From positions 815,585 to 879,584 of the forward strand of contig OZ255626.1 in NCBI GenBank assembly GCA_965276775.1: 64,000 nt of DNA, written 5' to 3'. The DNA is from Acidobacteriaceae bacterium (GTDB lineage Bacteria; Acidobacteriota; Terriglobia; Terriglobales; Acidobacteriaceae). Positions 27,002 to 36,600 of this stretch are shown piece by piece. A program made the translations under genes and the position numbers. The stretch's first letter is position 1. Every line of letters begins with the position of its first letter. A model generated the notes under the pieces. The model was not told where the DNA came from, did not search any database, and saw nothing but the letters and a program-made list of their open reading frames with translations.

Positions 27002-28531
27002 ATGATTGAACATCCGATCCCCGAAGCATTGACGTTTGACGACGTCCTTCTCATTCCTGCCTTCAGCGAAGTGGTTCCCAACCAGGTCACAACCGAGACC
27101 CGGCTCACCCGCAACATCAGCCTGAACACGCCTCTGCTGTCGGCCGCGATGGACACGGTGACCGAGTCGCGCCTGGCCATTGCCATGGCGCAGCAGGGCG
27201 GCCTCGGCATCATTCACCGCAATCTGTCGATCGAACAGCAGGCCACCGAGGTCGACAAGGTGAAGCGCTCCGAGAGCGGCATGATCGTCGACCCGGTCAC
27301 GATCGCGCCCGAGCAGCTCATCTCCGACGCGCTCGACGTGATGCGGCGCTACAAGATTTCCGGCGTGCCGGTCACGCAGGGCAAGCGGCTGGTCGGGATT
27401 TTGACGAATCGCGACCTGCGCTTCGAGACCCGCACCGACATTCCCGTTTCCGCCGTGATGACCAAGAAGGACCTGATTACCGTCCCGGTCGGCACCACGC
27501 TCGAAGACGCGGAAGCGATCCTGCACGACCACCGCGTGGAAAAATTGCTGGTGGTGAATGGCGACTACGAGCTCAAGGGCCTCATTACCGTCAAGGACAT
27601 CCAGAAGAAGCTGAAGTACCCGAACGCGAGCAAGGACGAGCAGGGACGCCTGCGGGTGGGCGCGGCGATCGGCGCGACCGGCGACTACCTGGAGCGCGCC
27701 TGCGAACTGGTGAAGGAGTTGTGCGATACGCTTTCGATCGACTCGGCGCACGGGCACTCCTCGCGGGTGCTGGAGGCGGTGCGGCAGGTGAAGAAGCGCT
27801 TTCCGAATGTGGACCTGCTGGCCGGCAACGTCGCCACCTATGAGGGCGCGCTGGCGCTGATGGATGCGGGCGCGGACGCGGTCAAGGTGGGCATTGGGCC
27901 GGGGTCGATCTGCACCACGCGCATGGTGACGGGCGCGGGCATGCCGCAGATTACGGCCATTTCCGAGGCCTACCGCGCGGGCCGCGAGCGCAACATTCCG
28001 ATCATCGCCGATGGCGGCATCAAGTACTCGGGCGACGTGACCAAGGCGATCGCCGCGGGGGCGGACTCGATTATGATCGGCTCGCTGTTTGCCGGAGTGG
28101 ACGAGAGCCCGGGCGAGACGATTCTGTACCAGGGCCGGTCGTTCAAGGCGTACCGCGGCATGGGGTCGTTGTCGGCAATGGCGCAGGGATCGGGCGAGCG
28201 GTACTTCCAGAGCTCACGCGACCTGGAGACGGTGCCGCTGCGCGCCGAAGGGGTTGTGGACGCGGACCGCGACCGCAGCGGGACGAACCGCCTGGCGAAG
28301 TTCGTGCCGGAGGGGATCGAGGGGCGGGTGCCGCATCGCGGGCCGCTGGAGGCGATGGTGCACCAGCTGGTGGGCGGCCTGCGCTCGGGCATGGGCTACC
28401 TGGGCTGCGGCACCATTGCCGAGCTGCAGCGGAATGCGCGCTTTGTCCGCATTTCAAACGCCGGCCTGCGCGAAAGCCATGTGCACGATGTCATCATCAC
28501 CCGCGAGGCGCCCAACTATCATGTGGAGTAG
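27002..28531 (+). CDS. guaB: IMP dehydrogenase
   Basis: [19 protein letters not shown], a CBS pair, the catalytic loop [11 protein letters not shown], then IADGGI and GSLFAG. The protein carries a ~20-aa insertion before [12 protein letters not shown]. Confidence 0.95.
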   Translation: MIEHPIPEALTFDDVLLIPAFSEVVPNQVTTETRLTRNISLNTPLLSAAMDTVTESRLAIAMAQQGGLGIIHRNLSIEQQATEVDKVKRSESGMIVDPVTIAPEQLISDALDVMRRYKISGVPVTQGKRLVGILTNRDLRFETRTDIPVSAVMTKKDLITVPVGTTLEDAEAILHDHRVEKLLVVNGDYELKGLITVKDIQKKLKYPNASKDEQGRLRVGAAIGATGDYLERACELVKELCDTLSIDSAHGHSSRVLEAVRQVKKRFPNVDLLAGNVATYEGALALMDAGADAVKVGIGPGSICTTRMVTGAGMPQITAISEAYRAGRERNIPIIADGGIKYSGDVTKAIAAGADSIMIGSLFAGVDESPGETILYQGRSFKAYRGMGSLSAMAQGSGERYFQSSRDLETVPLRAEGVVDADRDRSGTNRLAKFVPEGIEGRVPHRGPLEAMVHQLVGGLRSGMGYLGCGTIAELQRNARFVRISNAGLRESHVHDVIITREAPNYHVE

Positions 28532-28563
28532 GGCATGTGGAGTAGCGCCGGACCGCTGGGAGC

Positions 28564-31485
28564 TCAGGCGCGGTTTCGCTCGAGAGAAGCGCTGACCGCA
28601 TTTTCCCCGAGGGAAGACCTGTCCATGTTTTTCGGCTGATACCAGGAAAACAGGTTGCGGCCGGTTCGCTTGGCCTCGTAGAGCGCCAGATCGGCGGACC
28701 GGTAGAGCGTTTCCTGGGTATCGCCGTCTTCGGGAAACACCGCGATTCCGACGCTGCAGCCGAGTTTCAGGCTCGCGCCCCGATACCCGATTTCCAAGCA
28801 GAAGCTTTCCTGAATGCGTGTGCAAACGGCCTCTATGTCCTGCCGGTCATTCGCGGGAGCCAGCAGAATCGCGAATTCATCCCCGCCGAGGCGTGCGACG
28901 CAATCCGAATCCCGGACCGCGCCCCGCAAGCGAAAAGCGGCTTCGATCAGGACACAGTCGCCCGCGTCGTGGCCAAAGGTGTCATTGATCTGCTTGAAGC
29001 GGTCGAGATCGGTGAGCAGCAGGGCAAGCGACCGTTCCTGTCGGCGAGCCTGATCCAAACGTATCTGAAGCTCCTCGGTAAACCGGCGCCGGTTGGGCAG
29101 CGATGTCAGCGTATCGCAGTAAGCAATCTGTTCGAGCTGGCGGTGGCTTTCCCTCAACTCGAGCGTCCGGTCCGCCACTTGCCGCTCCAACTGCTTTTTC
29201 TGGGTGATAAGAACCTGCATGCGGAGATGCCAGAGTGCGTAGCCCAGCAGGCCGGCAACCAAGAGGCAGGTGAGAACGAACCACAAGGTTCTCCACCAGG
29301 GGGCTTGAACGGAGAACGCGAACCGCGCGGGCTCCGGGCTCCACAGACTGTTGGGACCCTGGGCGAGCACCTCGAACACATAGTTGCCGGGCGGCAGAGC
29401 GGCATAGCGGACGTTCCGCTCGCTGGTTTCGTTCCAGGTACGTTCGTAGCCGACCAGCCGGTAGCGAAAATGAACCCGGCTCTCGGACGAGAAGCTGAGG
29501 GCGGCATAGCTGAAAGACAACGAGCGCTGGGAGTAGGGTAGAGTCGGCCGGTCGCCTGGCTGCCACTCCCGCGAAACACCCTTGACGCCGGTGAGCACGA
29601 TCGGCGGAGCAGCTTCAGCGAGCGGATATGGCAGGGCGGTGTAACGCGAGAGGCCGCCGGAGGTTCCGATCCAAATATCGCCCGCGGAATCGACGCTCAA
29701 GGCGAGGCCGTTTGTGTCGTTCCAGATGAGTCCATCCTCATTGCTGAAGCGTGTCCAGCCTTGCGGTCCAGCAACACTGACGCCTTTGTCCGTGCTGGCC
29801 CAAAGCCGCCCCCGCAGGTCGATAGCCAGGGCGAAGACCGCATTGGAAGACAGGCCGCTCTGCTCGGTGAAATGGGTCGCGACAAACGAATGAGCGTTCC
29901 AGCGGAGAAAGCTGATCCCGAGAGCATCGCGGTAGGCAATCCAGAGATTGCCCCGATCCTCGGCGACGGCTGCCAAATCGGAAGCCTTGAGTCCGTCGCG
30001 CTCGGAGAAAACCTTCCAGCTTCCGTCGTAAAACCGGACCAGGCCGCCGGAAGAGGCCAGCCAGACCGCACCGGCCGCGCCGACCGTGACGCCACGAAAG
30101 GTAGTTTGCGCGGGGATGCCGGGGATGGTCATGCGCTCAAAGGTAAGCCGGGTGGAACCCCGGAGCGGCGCGCGGGTGCGAAAGCAGCCGCCTGTCCCCA
30201 TGGCCCAGAGCCGGTGCTCGCGGTCAACGGTCATGGCCAGTACCTGCTCGGCTTCGTATCCGGAGACGGGGGTTCTTAACAGGACTCCGTGTTTATCGAA
30301 ATGGCTGATTCCGGCAGGATCCGTGCCAACGAAGAAGTCTCCGGCCGGGCCTTCCACGATCGAAAAGACGCGGTCGCCGGCTAGTCCGTTGTGGCTGTTC
30401 CAGGAGTGAAGGACGCGGCCCTGGGCGTCGAAGATGCGCAGGCCCGCCTCGGTTCCAACCCATAGCTGTCCGGCACTGTCATGCAAGGTGGCCCAAACGG
30501 TGTTGTTTGGCAGACCGTCTTCCCGTTTCCAGGACATCCATTCTCCATGGCCGAGGCGACGAACCAGGCTGCCCCCTTCAGCGCCAATCCAGAGCGACTC
30601 TTCCCGGTCGACCAGGACAGGGCCCGCGGAGTCCGCTGGGAATCCATGCAGCGCATCGATCAGCTCAACATGCCCCCGGTCCAGCACGGCGAGTCCGACA
30701 TCGGTCGACACATAGACACGTCCGTGCCGGTCGGCATAAAGGTGACAATCCGCTACGTGAGCCATTCCGGCGGTACGCTCCACGAAACGCGGCCTGCCAG
30801 CCAACTGTTCGAACAGACGCAGTTTGCTGCGGATCCAGAGATTGCCCAGGGAGTCCCTCGTAATGGCATCCCAGTTGTCAACCGGCAGCCCGGCAGAGGA
30901 GCTGACGCGTTCCAAATCGTTGTCCGCAAGGCGCCAAAGGCCGCCATCCCGGCCGAAAAGCAGGCTGCCGCCGCGGTCGACGAACATGCCCCGGACCGCG
31001 CCGCGGACCGCCGTTTGAAAATGAAACGACCCGTCCCGGTCCGGGAGTCCGCGAAGAATGCCTGCGGCGATATGGAGGTAGATTCGTTCGTGGGAGTCAA
31101 AGGCGATGGCCCTCACTTCGACATTCTGGCCAATCGCGACCGGCTGGAATCGTTTGCCCGCAAAACGGGCGATACCGATCTGCGTCGCCACCCAAAGAAC
31201 ACCCCTGGGTGATTCCGCCAAGTCGACGATCTCCGCGCTTTGAAGCCCCTCTTCGTGGCTGAATTTTTGGAAGCCGGCTCCGTCGTAGCGGAACAGTCCA
31301 TTATCGGTGCCGACCCAGAGAAAGCCGATGCGGTCCTGGAGAAGGCATCGAACGTGCAGATTATCAAGGCCTTCGTCGACGCCATACTGGCGAAACAACT
31401 GCTTCTGCGCCCACAGCCCGGCTGTGCTGAGCAGAGCCAGCACCATCCAGACACACACACTCCGTATGTAAGCGGCCAGGGTCAT
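28564..31485 (-). CDS. periplasmic two-component-regulator-propeller / Y_Y_Y sensor fused to a GGDEF diguanylate cyclase
   Basis: A signal/TM segment is followed by many Reg_prop-type repeats (LWVGT, LWIGT, WVAT). Next come a Y_Y_Y module (FRYRLVGYERTWNE), a TM segment and a coiled coil. The cyclase domain is GGDEF (RLGGDEFAILL) with an RxxD I-site (RDSD) 5 residues upstream. Confidence 0.9.
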   Translation of the reverse strand: MTLAAYIRSVCVWMVLALLSTAGLWAQKQLFRQYGVDEGLDNLHVRCLLQDRIGFLWVGTDNGLFRYDGAGFQKFSHEEGLQSAEIVDLAESPRGVLWVATQIGIARFAGKRFQPVAIGQNVEVRAIAFDSHERIYLHIAAGILRGLPDRDGSFHFQTAVRGAVRGMFVDRGGSLLFGRDGGLWRLADNDLERVSSSAGLPVDNWDAITRDSLGNLWIRSKLRLFEQLAGRPRFVERTAGMAHVADCHLYADRHGRVYVSTDVGLAVLDRGHVELIDALHGFPADSAGPVLVDREESLWIGAEGGSLVRRLGHGEWMSWKREDGLPNNTVWATLHDSAGQLWVGTEAGLRIFDAQGRVLHSWNSHNGLAGDRVFSIVEGPAGDFFVGTDPAGISHFDKHGVLLRTPVSGYEAEQVLAMTVDREHRLWAMGTGGCFRTRAPLRGSTRLTFERMTIPGIPAQTTFRGVTVGAAGAVWLASSGGLVRFYDGSWKVFSERDGLKASDLAAVAEDRGNLWIAYRDALGISFLRWNAHSFVATHFTEQSGLSSNAVFALAIDLRGRLWASTDKGVSVAGPQGWTRFSNEDGLIWNDTNGLALSVDSAGDIWIGTSGGLSRYTALPYPLAEAAPPIVLTGVKGVSREWQPGDRPTLPYSQRSLSFSYAALSFSSESRVHFRYRLVGYERTWNETSERNVRYAALPPGNYVFEVLAQGPNSLWSPEPARFAFSVQAPWWRTLWFVLTCLLVAGLLGYALWHLRMQVLITQKKQLERQVADRTLELRESHRQLEQIAYCDTLTSLPNRRRFTEELQIRLDQARRQERSLALLLTDLDRFKQINDTFGHDAGDCVLIEAAFRLRGAVRDSDCVARLGGDEFAILLAPANDRQDIEAVCTRIQESFCLEIGYRGASLKLGCSVGIAVFPEDGDTQETLYRSADLALYEAKRTGRNLFSWYQPKNMDRSSLGENAVSASLERNRA

Positions 31486-31566
31486 TTCAATCCTGGCTGC
31501 TTTATCGGCAAGAGCGGAACGGTTCGCTAGAGGGGGCGAACGTTTCCCCTCACTTTAGTACTAGGG

Positions 31567-31644
31567 CCGTTCTCCAGAGCCGTTCTCCAGGGCCGTTCTC
31601 CAGGACCGTTCTGCAGGGCCGTTCTGCAGGGCCGTTCTGCAGGG
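31567..31644. repeat. 13-bp tandem repeat x6 (CCGTTCTSCAGRG)
   Basis: The units are ccgttctccagag, ccgttctccaggg, ccgttctccagga, then ccgttctgcaggg x3. The array lies 82-159 nt upstream of the cyclase ATG. Confidence 0.95.
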
Positions 31645-31740
31645 CGGGAGCGGCATTTCCGCGCCAGATTTACGGCCGGAGCTTGCCGGGGGCAGATCCC
31701 GTTTCCCGCATCGTGGGCAGGAGGCAGGATTTTGGCTTAC

Positions 31741-31777
31741 ACGAAAAGGCGCATCTGGAAGGAGCTCCAGGTGCGCC
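31741..31777 (-). terminator. rho-independent terminator ending the alpha operon (after rplQ)
   Basis: The minus strand reads GGCGCACCTGGAGCTCCTTCCAGATGCGCC followed by TTTTCGTG, 35 nt after the rplQ stop. Confidence 0.7.
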
Positions 31778-31811
31778 ACGGACGTGGGCTATAATCCCGA
31801 GGGGCCGTCTA

Positions 31812-32294
31812 CTACGGCTGCGGCTCTTCGCCTTCGGTGCCCGGCGTGGGACCGTTGGCCGCAAGCGCGGCCTGCATTTCCTCGCGGCGCTTGGTGCGGG
31901 CTTCCGCGCGTTTCTGCCGCTTTTCGTCGAGTACCTGCTCGGCGCCTAGCAGTTCGATCAGCGCGGTCTCGCCGCCGTCGCCCTTGCGGAAGCCGGTGCG
32001 GACGATCCGCAGGTAGCCGCCGGCGCGCTCGCCGTAACGCGGCGCGACCGTGTCGAAGAGCCGCGAAACCGACTCGCGAGTCATCAGGTAAGCCAGCGCC
32101 TGACGGCGCGCGTGCAGGTCGCCCCGCTTGCCCAGCGTGATCATCTTTTCTACCTGCGGCCGCACGGCCTTGGCCTTGGTGAGCGTCGTTTCGACACGGT
32201 CTTCCATCAGGATGGACGTGACCAGGTTCCTCAACAGCGCTCGGCGGTGCGGGGTCTTGCGTCCGAGTTTGAATCCTGCTTTGCGATGGCGCAT
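31812..32294 (-). CDS. rplQ: 50S ribosomal protein L17 (with ~40-aa charged C-terminal extension)
   Basis: MRHRKAGFKLGRKTPHRRALLRNL; follows rpoA. Confidence 0.95.
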   Translation of the reverse strand: MRHRKAGFKLGRKTPHRRALLRNLVTSILMEDRVETTLTKAKAVRPQVEKMITLGKRGDLHARRQALAYLMTRESVSRLFDTVAPRYGERAGGYLRIVRTGFRKGDGGETALIELLGAEQVLDEKRQKRAEARTKRREEMQAALAANGPTPGTEGEEPQP

Positions 32295-32333
32295 GGGGTT
32301 CTCTCTTCTGTCTCTGATCTTGCAGTGCGAAGT

Positions 32334-32385
32334 TCAGGATCAGGAGCCAGGGAAACAGCTGCTTGCTGTCTCCTGACTCCTGTTT
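32334..32385. repeat. GGAGTCAGG-type hairpin in the rpoA-rplQ spacer
   Basis: caggatcaggagccaggga ... tctcctgactcctg; the arms are separated by ~16 nt. Confidence 0.6.
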
Positions 32386-32393
32386 GCTCGAAC

Positions 32394-33497
32394 TTAAAAG
32401 TTCTCCGGCTCGTTCTGCAGCGTCATGTCGCCTTCGTCGTCGAGGATCTCGTCTTCCTCGTCGTCGAAGCGGCTGTACTGGGCCGCGGCAAGCTGCTGGG
32501 AGGGCAGAATGCTGGTCGGTCCAGGTACGGCGTTGCCCTGGTCGTCGATCTTCATGCCGAGCGACAAACCCATCTGCGCGAGGATTTCCTTGATCTCGTT
32601 CAAGCTCTTGCGGCCGAAGTTCTTGGTCTTCAGCATCTCGGCTTCGGTCTTCTGCACCAGCTCGCCGATGGTCTGGATGTTCGCGTTCTTCAGGCAGTTA
32701 TAGCTGCGGACGCTCAGTTCGAGCTCTTCGACCGAGCGGTTCAGGTTGTCGTTGCGCAGCAGGCCGCCGCGGTCGTCCATGTGGCCCTCAAGCTCGATCT
32801 CTTCCTCGAAGTTGATGAAAATGCTCATGTGATCCTTGAGCAGCTTCGCCGCCAGACCTACCGCATCGGCCGGCACTACCGAACCGTTGGTCCACACTTC
32901 GAGCGTCAGCTTGTCGTAGTCGGTAATCTGGCCGAGACGCGCCGCCTCCACCGTGTAGTTAACCTTGCGTACGGGCGAGTGGACCGAGTCGATGGGCATG
33001 AAGCCGATCCCGAGGTCCTGGTCGAAGTTCTTGTCCGCGGAAACATAGCCGCGGCCGCGCTTGAGCCGCATTTCCATGTCGATTTTGCCGCCTTCGCTTA
33101 CGGTCGCGACATAGACGTCCTTGTCGAGAATTTCGACGTCGCCGTCGGCCTCGATCATGCCCGAGGTCACGATGCCGGGCTCTTCAACCCGTAGGTAGAG
33201 CGCCTTGGGCCCATCCCCGTTCAGCTTGAAGGGGATCTGCTTGAGGTTCAGGATGATGTCGGTGGCGTCCTCGACCACGCCGGTGATGGACTGGAACTCA
33301 TGCAGAACGCCTTCAATCTTAATCGCGGTGACGGCCGCGCCCTCGATCGAGCTGAGCAGGGTGCGGCGCAGCGAGTTGCCGATGGTGGTGCCGAAGCCGC
33401 GCTCGAATGGCTGGGCGCTGAACTTGCCGTAGCGATCGGTAAGAGTCTCGGTGTCGACTTGAAGCCGCTTGGGGCGCTGAAAACCTCTCCACAACAT
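32394..33497 (-). CDS. rpoA: DNA-directed RNA polymerase alpha subunit
   Basis: [12 protein letters not shown]...[22 protein letters not shown]. The C-terminal domain has [19 protein letters not shown]. An AAGGAGAAAC SD lies upstream of ATG 33497. Confidence 0.95.
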   Translation of the reverse strand: MLWRGFQRPKRLQVDTETLTDRYGKFSAQPFERGFGTTIGNSLRRTLLSSIEGAAVTAIKIEGVLHEFQSITGVVEDATDIILNLKQIPFKLNGDGPKALYLRVEEPGIVTSGMIEADGDVEILDKDVYVATVSEGGKIDMEMRLKRGRGYVSADKNFDQDLGIGFMPIDSVHSPVRKVNYTVEAARLGQITDYDKLTLEVWTNGSVVPADAVGLAAKLLKDHMSIFINFEEEIELEGHMDDRGGLLRNDNLNRSVEELELSVRSYNCLKNANIQTIGELVQKTEAEMLKTKNFGRKSLNEIKEILAQMGLSLGMKIDDQGNAVPGPTSILPSQQLAAAQYSRFDDEEDEILDDEGDMTLQNEPENF

Positions 33498-33571
33498 GGT
33501 GTTTCTCCTTATACGCGCCGGCGCGAAGCATTCTGCGCCGGTTCGCGTGTCTTGGTGCAAAGGCTGAAGAC

Positions 33572-33622
33572 CCCCTGCGCGGGAGGCGGCCACTTCGTGG
33601 CGTGTGACTGCGCTTCGCGCAA
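33572..33622. repeat. REP family 1 copy (downstream of rpsD)
   Basis: ccccctgcgcgggaggcggccacttcgtggcgtgtgactgcgcttcgcgc is the reverse complement of the 34336-34385 copy, apart from about 4 of roughly 49 positions. Confidence 0.85.
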
Positions 33623-33632
33623 AGGCAAAACC

Positions 33633-34262
33633 TTACTTCGAGTACAGCTCGACGATCAGCTGCTCGTTGACCGGCAGCTGAATATCCTCACGGCGCGGCA
33701 GTGCCACAATCTTGCCCGAAAGCTCGGCCGCATTGACCTGCAGCCATACCGGCGCGGGCTGGTGCGAGGCGAACTCGCGCGCCGTCTCAATGACCTGAAA
33801 CTTGCTCGCGTTCGGGCGAATCTTGATCTCGTCCCCGACCGAAACCTGGAACGACGGAATGTTGACCTTGCGGCCGTTCACCTCAACGTGGCCGTGACGG
33901 ACGATCTGCCGGGCCTGGCGACGGGAGCTCGCATAGCCAAGCCGGAAGGCGACATTGTCCAGGCGCCGCTCGAGCTGCTGCAGCAGGATGGCGCCGGTGT
34001 TGCCCTGCGAGTTCGAAGCCTTCTCATAGTAGGCGCGGAACTGGCCTTCGAGCGCGAAGTAGATGCGCTTGGCCTTCTGCTTTTCACGCAGCTGCAGGCC
34101 GTAGCCGACGATCTTGGCCTTGCGGTCGCGGCCGTGCTGGCCAGGGGCGAAATTGCGCTTTTCAATCGCGCACTTGTCGGAAAAGCAGCGGGTGCCTTTC
34201 AAGAACAACTTCATGCCTTCGCGGCGGCAAAGGCGGCAGACGGGTCCGGTATAACGTGCCAC
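33633..34262 (-). CDS. rpsD: 30S ribosomal protein S4 (Zn-finger C+ form)
   Basis: [31 protein letters not shown]. Confidence 0.95.
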   Translation of the reverse strand: MARYTGPVCRLCRREGMKLFLKGTRCFSDKCAIEKRNFAPGQHGRDRKAKIVGYGLQLREKQKAKRIYFALEGQFRAYYEKASNSQGNTGAILLQQLERRLDNVAFRLGYASSRRQARQIVRHGHVEVNGRKVNIPSFQVSVGDEIKIRPNASKFQVIETAREFASHQPAPVWLQVNAAELSGKIVALPRREDIQLPVNEQLIVELYSK

Positions 34263-34335
34263 GGATGGTTCTCCTGACTTCGGGTGACGACCGGTTTACG
34301 CGCTTGCGGCGCTTCATCCCGGTCCAATGTTGTTG

Positions 34336-34385
34336 TGCGAAGCGCAGTCACATGCCACGAAGTGGCCGCGAGCCGCGCAGGCGGT
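34336..34385. repeat. REP family 1 copy (upstream of rpsD), inverted relative to 33572-33622
   Basis: gcgaagcgcagtcacatgccacgaagtggccgcgagccgcgcaggcgg. Confidence 0.85.
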
Positions 34386-34392
34386 TTTGCAC

Positions 34393-34827
34393 TTACACGC
34401 GCCGCCGCTTAGGCGGCCGGCAGCCGTTGTGCGGGATCGGCGTAACGTCACGAATCGAACGCACATCGATCCCAGCCGCGGCCAGCGCACGCACCGCCGA
34501 CTCACGCCCAGACCCGGGCCCCGAAACACGCACATCGACCGAGCGCAGCCCATGGTCGCGCGCCTGGGTGGCCGCGTTCTGCGCGGCCTGCTGCGCCGCG
34601 AACGGCGTCCCCTTGCGCGAGCCGCGGAAGCCGAGCGACCCGGAACTCTTCCAGGAAAGCGTATTGCCCTGCCCGTCGGTGATGGTGACGATGGTGTTGT
34701 TGAACGTCGCCTGGATGTGCACCAGGCCGTAGGGCACGTTTTTGCGCTCGCGCTTCTTGAACTTCTTGTTCTTGCCCGCCTTGGCGGCCGAGCCCTTGCC
34801 TGCTGTCGATTTCTGCGCCTTCGCCAT
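34393..34827 (-). CDS. rpsK: 30S ribosomal protein S11
   Basis: ...[22 protein letters not shown]...[12 protein letters not shown]; its ATG overlaps the rpsM stop as TAATG. Confidence 0.95.
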   Translation of the reverse strand: MAKAQKSTAGKGSAAKAGKNKKFKKRERKNVPYGLVHIQATFNNTIVTITDGQGNTLSWKSSGSLGFRGSRKGTPFAAQQAAQNAATQARDHGLRSVDVRVSGPGSGRESAVRALAAAGIDVRSIRDVTPIPHNGCRPPKRRRV

Positions 34828-35207
34828 TACTTGGTCACCTTTTTCTTGCCGGCCACGGTGCCCTTGCGCGGTCCCTTGCGGGTGCGCGCGTTGGTGTGCG
34901 ACCGCTGTCCGCGCACCGGCAGGTTGCGCCGGTGGCGCAGCCCGCGGTAGGACTGAATATCGATCAGCCGCTTGATGTTCATCGAGACATCCTTGCGCAG
35001 GTCGCCTTCGATCCCGCCTTCCTGCTCGATGACCTGGCGGATCTGGTTGATCTCTTCCTCGCTCAGGGTCGAGAGCTTGCGAAAGGGATCGATGTCGGCC
35101 TTGGTGAGAATACGCATCGCGCGCGGGTTCCCGATGCCGTAGATATAGGTGAGTGCGATCCGCGTCTGCTTGTTGTTGGGCAGATCGACTCCAGCAATAC
35201 GTGCCAT
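34827..35207 (-). CDS. rpsM: 30S ribosomal protein S13
   Basis: [26 protein letters not shown]; the longer track ORF is read-through upstream. Confidence 0.95.
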   Translation of the reverse strand: MARIAGVDLPNNKQTRIALTYIYGIGNPRAMRILTKADIDPFRKLSTLSEEEINQIRQVIEQEGGIEGDLRKDVSMNIKRLIDIQSYRGLRHRRNLPVRGQRSHTNARTRKGPRKGTVAGKKKVTK

Positions 35208-35385
35208 GCTCGCCTCTTTGTGCCTCGAACCGGAACGTCTCCGTCGGGGGCGGTTGATGCCGGTGCTGGTGCCCGGCTGGGTGGAGCGGTACCGCGGGTT
35301 CATCGCACTCTCGCTACCGGAGAGAACTCGCCCGCGGGCTCACTGTGTTTCCCCCGACCCTGAAATGGCGGCCGGCGGTCGGGCG

Positions 35386-35499
35386 TCAGCCCTGGCGCTG
35401 CTTGTGCTTGGCGACTTCGCAGATAACCCGCACCACGCCGCGACGATGGATCACCTTGCACTTGTCACAGATCTTCTTTACAGATGCACGAACCTTCAT
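35386..35499 (-). CDS. rpmJ: 50S ribosomal protein L36 (37 aa; below the ORF-track length cut-off)
   Basis: My own translation of the minus strand gives [37 protein letters not shown]. It has the CxxC...C...H Zn motif and sits in the canonical infA-rpmJ-rpsM position. Confidence 0.93.
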   Translation of the reverse strand: MKVRASVKKICDKCKVIHRRGVVRVICEVAKHKQRQG

Positions 35500-35518
35500 T
35501 GTAATTCCTTCCTGCTGC

Positions 35519-35737
35519 TTACTTGTACCGGTACACGATCCGGCCCCGGGTCAGGTCGTAGGGACTCAGCTCCACCGCAACCCGGTCGCCCGGCAGAATG
35601 CGGATGAAGTTCTTCCGCATGCGGCCCGAGACGTGGGCCAGAACCTGATGCTTGTTCTCGAGTTCCACCTTGAACATCGCGTTCGGCAGCGTCTCCACAA
35701 CCGTCGCCATTACCTCAATTGCGTCTTCCTTCGACAC
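35519..35737 (-). CDS. infA: translation initiation factor IF-1
   Basis: A GTG start (35735-35737) gives a 72-aa protein, (M)[50 protein letters not shown]. Confidence 0.9.
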   Translation of the reverse strand: MSKEDAIEVMATVVETLPNAMFKVELENKHQVLAHVSGRMRKNFIRILPGDRVAVELSPYDLTRGRIVYRYK

Positions 35738-35847
35738 CCGTATCCCGATTCCGCCCCGCCGCCCGGCTTGCCGCCGCGGCGAGACTGTCTTGCCACTTTC
35801 CTTCAAGCCCGCGCGAAACGACTCTCAGCGGGTCGGATTCACTCGCG

Positions 35848-36600
35848 CTAGCGAGTCAGAACCTCGACCCCGTTCGCGGTGACGGCAACCGTGTGCTCGA
35901 AGTGCGCACTCAGCGTCCCATCCATCGTCACCGTCGTCCAGCCATCGCTCAACACCTGCACCGCCGCCTTGCCCGCATTCACCATCGGCTCGATGCAGAA
36001 GACCATGCCCTCGCGCAGCTTCATGCCCCGGCCGCGCCTCCCGTAGTTCGGCACCTGCGGGTCTTCGTGCAGGTGCGTCCCGATGCCGTGCCCCACAAAC
36101 TCCCGCACCACGCTGAAGCCTTCCCGCTCCACCATCTGCTGCACCGCGGCGCCGACATCGCCCAAGGTCGCGCCCTTCGCCACCGCATCAATACCCGCCG
36201 CGAGCGAGGCTTCGGTGACCGCGAGCAGCCGGGCTGCTTCACCTTCCAGGCCCGCTCCCACACCGATCGTCGTTGCCGAGTCGCCGTAGAATCCGTCGAC
36301 AACCACGCCGGTATCGATCGAGACAATATCCCCTTCGCGTAGAACCTTTCTCCGCGAAGGAATGCCGTGCACCACCTCCTGGTTCACACTGGTGCACAGC
36401 ACACAGGGAAAACCGCGGTACCCCTTGAACGCCGGCGTGACTTTCAGCTCCTTGACCTTGGCCGCCGCCGCCTCTTCCAGGTCCATCGTGCTCGCGCCCG
36501 GGTTGACATGAGGCCGCACCGCATCGAGCAGCTCCCGCACCATCTCGCCTGCGCGGCGCATCCGCGCAATCTCATCTCCGCTCTTGAGCATGACCGCCAC
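35848..36600 (-). CDS. map: type I methionine aminopeptidase
   Basis: IARMRRAGEM..., FKGYRGFPCVLCTSVNQEVVHGIP, DIVSIDTG, GHGIG and EPM. The GTG start overlaps the adk stop; ATG 36591 is an alternative. Confidence 0.92.
   Translation of the reverse strand: MAVMLKSGDEIARMRRAGEMVRELLDAVRPHVNPGASTMDLEEAAAAKVKELKVTPAFKGYRGFPCVLCTSVNQEVVHGIPSRRKVLREGDIVSIDTGVVVDGFYGDSATTIGVGAGLEGEAARLLAVTEASLAAGIDAVAKGATLGDVGAAVQQMVEREGFSVVREFVGHGIGTHLHEDPQVPNYGRRGRGMKLREGMVFCIEPMVNAGKAAVQVLSDGWTTVTMDGTLSAHFEHTVAVTANGVEVLTR

Noticed and set aside
26605-27213. 202-aa minus-strand ORF spanning the guaB start region.
   Set aside because: Only its last ~87 codons (from MDFSFLYEG) are meaningful, as the N-terminal half of the frameshifted brnT. 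The upstream part is antisense to guaB.
31567-31644. Tandem repeat considered as a CRISPR array.
   Set aside because: The units are 13 bp and directly abutting, with no spacers. No cas genes are nearby.
31789-31794. Perfect TATAAT on the + strand.
   Set aside because: There is no acceptable -35 at 17 +/- 1 bp and no + strand gene downstream. It lies between the rplQ stop and its terminator.
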